A program made the position numbers and the translations under genes. Of a DNA stretch of 64,000 nucleotides, positions 61,710 through 64,000 are shown in pieces. The first letter of the stretch is position 1; each line of letters opens with the position of its first letter. Under the pieces are notes generated by a model. The model saw only the letters and a program-made list of their open reading frames with translations. It did no database searches and had not been told where the DNA came from. The stretch is from a virus (lineage: Duplodnaviria > Caudoviricetes), in IMG/VR virus record IMGVR_UViG_3300017821_000056, positions 64,211 through 128,210 of that record. The stretch is one strand, 5' to 3'.

Positions 61710-62204
61710 CTATCGGGCACCTTCACGCCCCTTCTTGTCGCGGATTGGTAACGGAAGGCGCTGCGGACGAGGAGGGAGCGCTGGAGGACTCATCAGGTCA
61801 CGCAAGAGGTTCGAGACCGGAACGAGGACGCCCCACGTCGGGTGGGAGCCGTTGATGCCCCCGTTCCTCCTGCGGCCGAGCGCGTAGTAGTAGCGGGCGA
61901 CCGCCTTCAGCCGATCCACGGGAGCAAAGACGACTGTCTCCGTCGCCAGTACCAGCGCCCATACTTCTGCCGTGGTCACGGAGATTCCACTGGGCTTGTA
62001 CTGGCCGAAGTAGCGGCAGCTGTACTCGATGTAGATGTTCCCTGTCCTTGCCGCCCAGATGTCAGTCTTGGTTTCGACACGGGTTCCGTCTTTGAGGGAC
62101 TGAATTAGATCGATGACGAACAGTTCACCGTTCTTGCCGATCTCCCAGTCGATGTCCCATTCAGGATTCCGGCCGGTCGCCATGCGCTCGGCCACGCTGG
62201 TCAT
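61710..62204 (-). CDS. PD-(D/E)XK-like nuclease/hypothetical protein
   Basis: GELFV...VETKTD...TGNIYIE...PSGI. Confidence 0.55.
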   Translation of the reverse strand: MTSVAERMATGRNPEWDIDWEIGKNGELFVIDLIQSLKDGTRVETKTDIWAARTGNIYIEYSCRYFGQYKPSGISVTTAEVWALVLATETVVFAPVDRLKAVARYYYALGRRRNGGINGSHPTWGVLVPVSNLLRDLMSPPALPPRPQRLPLPIRDKKGREGAR

Positions 62205-63355
62205 GCCTGATTCCCCCAGACTTCCCAGCCGAGGCGGCAGCGCGTGCACTGGCAAGTACCTGGGAGTTGGATGCCCGCCCCGGCTCCGCACCTTGCGAAC
62301 AGTTCGAGGTACGGTCCGGGACTGGCCTTCGTCACCATGTCGTGAAACGCGAGAGGCTTGGCTGAGTGCTGCCCACGCTGAGCCTCAAACCAGTTCAGGA
62401 GTCCGCGATCTCGGGTGCGCAGGTCGCCGCGGGTGCCGAACAGGACGAGTTCGGTGGAGACGCGGAAGTAGTTTCCCATGCCCATCTGCGGACGCCCGTC
62501 GACCTTCTTCTTGACCCAGACGAGGTAGGTCTTATACGTGTAGCCCCAGGCCGACATGACGCTGAATGCCTCAGGCAGATGGCTGGAGGTAGTCCAGAGA
62601 TACAGATGGCCGGGCGATGCTGCCTTTGGGAGCACCACGTCTTCTACGAGATTCCTGCCGTCCGGTAGTGGCTCCGTGCCGCAGAGTTGGGCGATGGAGA
62701 GTGTCCCGTCGTAATGGCCGTGCGCGTTGGCCCGTGTCGCGGTGTTGCCATAGCGCCAAGGCGGGTCGGCTACCAGGGTGGTGCACAGTCCTTCGGAAAG
62801 CGCAGGTTGCGGTGCGCCGGGGCGGAACTGGATACCCTCAAGCAGCGCTTTGCGCGAGACCTTGCCTGCGCTAAGCATCTCTTCGACGAGCGGCTTGTTC
62901 TCGGCCAAGAGCCGGAACTTGTGCCGGTCGTCCTTCGGGATGGCCGGTTGAGTGTTAGCTTCGCTCGCGAGCGAAGCTATAGGCCTGCCGCGTCCTACTT
63001 CAACGCCGGGTTCGGGTGCAGGTCCCAGGAGTTCCCCGATGAGTACCTCGGTACGACGGCACTCAGCGGCCACTAGGTCGCGGGCCGTCTTGTCTGTGAC
63101 GTAGCGGCGGAACGCCTCCAGGCGCCTGCTCAACTCGCGGGCGCCTGCAAGGTCCCGCCACTCGCGGATGCGTTCGCGGAGAGCCTGCGCACGAGGGATG
63201 ACGAGCGTACGTACCTGAGCAACGGTCACTTCCTGCGGTTCGGGAAGGTCTAGCTCTGGCCTGACCGCCATTCCGACGACTTCCCCGGAGTACAGGTCGA
63301 CTACCTTGCCGGCGATCTCGGTGACCTCGCTCGCGGCGAGTGCGTCGGCGGTCAT
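62201..63355 (-). CDS. MT-A70-family adenine methyltransferase
   Basis: VADPPWRY, HLYLWTT, WGYTYKT.LVWVK, GMGNYFR..TE, HSAKP, YLELFAR. Confidence 0.9.
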   Translation of the reverse strand: MTADALAASEVTEIAGKVVDLYSGEVVGMAVRPELDLPEPQEVTVAQVRTLVIPRAQALRERIREWRDLAGARELSRRLEAFRRYVTDKTARDLVAAECRRTEVLIGELLGPAPEPGVEVGRGRPIASLASEANTQPAIPKDDRHKFRLLAENKPLVEEMLSAGKVSRKALLEGIQFRPGAPQPALSEGLCTTLVADPPWRYGNTATRANAHGHYDGTLSIAQLCGTEPLPDGRNLVEDVVLPKAASPGHLYLWTTSSHLPEAFSVMSAWGYTYKTYLVWVKKKVDGRPQMGMGNYFRVSTELVLFGTRGDLRTRDRGLLNWFEAQRGQHSAKPLAFHDMVTKASPGPYLELFARCGAGAGIQLPGTCQCTRCRLGWEVWGNQA

Positions 63356-63531
63356 GCCGCTGTCTCCCGGTGCTCGTCATCGGCGGTCATGTTGCCGGGT
63401 TTCTCTTCCAATGCCTTCTCGATCGTCAGCGCGAGCCAGTTGGACAGGCTGCGCCGGTCGGCTGCCGCCGCTTGGCGCGCTCGTTCGTGAAGTTGCTCGT
63501 CAACACGGAAGTGAAGCCAGCGCATTGCCAT
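63352..63531 (-). CDS. Ribbon-helix-helix protein (59 aa, below the ORF-track cutoff)
   Basis: MAMRWLHFRVDEQLHERARQAAAADRRSLSNWLALTIEKAL... Confidence 0.7.
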   Translation of the reverse strand: MAMRWLHFRVDEQLHERARQAAAADRRSLSNWLALTIEKALEEKPGNMTADDEHRETAA

Positions 63532-63660
63532 ACGCCGATCCTAGAGCCTTATCGAAAGGTTACGCACCTTCTCAGCACCTTCTCGCCGTGTTACCGTCAC
63601 AAATAGATCACGTTCGCGCACTGGATAGACTCAGGTGTGAAGCTATGTGAAGGTTGGACA

Positions 63661-64000
63661 ATGGAACAGCGCCCGGAGCAGCCCCCGGAGGGCAAGCTCA
63701 TCGAAGACGCCGCCGACCGCCTTGACCTCTCCATCAGGGAAGCAGCACGCCGCGCGGGCCTGTCCTACGGCCGCTGGCGGCAGATCGTGCAGGGCTACCA
63801 GAACGTCTCGCCCGGCAGCTACGCCAAGGTCCGGGGACCGGCAAGGACGCTGGCGAGGATGGCGGCCGTCGTCGGCATCACGGCTGAACAGATGGAAGCC
63901 GAAGGCCAGCGTCCCGACGCAGCTGAGGTCATGCGCCGCGCTGCGCCACCGCCGGTACTGACCCCCGTCACCGCCGACGCCATCCTCGCCGAAGCCCGCA
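63661..64000 (+). CDS. Immunity-repressor-like HTH protein (runs off the window)
   Basis: LSIREAARRAGLSYGRWRQIVQG...ARTLARMAAVVGIT; divergent from the early operon. Confidence 0.75.
   Translation, partial: MEQRPEQPPEGKLIEDAADRLDLSIREAARRAGLSYGRWRQIVQGYQNVSPGSYAKVRGPARTLARMAAVVGITAEQMEAEGQRPDAAEVMRRAAPPPVLTPVTADAILAEAR

Noticed and set aside
1-64000. Reverse transcriptase system (DGR or retron), or phage-encoded tRNA-Leu(UAA)
   Set aside because: No RT motifs, template/variable repeat pair or full tRNA seen in this window.

Overview
The window is 64 kb of a high-GC temperate actinobacterial siphovirus. It is probably a free or excised genome, because an intact attP-like site (3' half of tRNA-Arg(ACG), ~38253-38300) has phage genes on both sides. 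Left arm (+ strand, 53-32786): head-tail adaptor, tail terminator, tail tube, a -1-frameshifted tail assembly chaperone, tape measure, minor tail proteins, membrane proteins and endolysin, two free-standing HNH endonucleases, four glycosyltransferase-like genes plus a methyltransferase, DUF4082 and GH16 carbohydrate-binding proteins, and a Pro/Arg repeat protein. Centre: excisionase, XRE regulator, tyrosine integrase, attP. Right arm (mostly - strand): early and replication genes, including TnpB, a DEDD exonuclease, a MazG-like protein, two Rep-like paralogs, VRR-NUC, C5 and MT-A70 methyltransferases, an ERF annealase and regulators. The most striking unexplained pattern concerns the rare Leu codon TTA. 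In my manual scan it occurs in frame only at apparent gene boundaries or at the start of short inserts near N-termini, usually at the 5' foot of a stem-loop. This suggests a UUA-sensing (bldA-like) recoding or translational-control system. A second pattern is a GCAGCGAGGGAGA-type motif in about 24 copies. All product calls come from motif recognition by eye; no searches were run.
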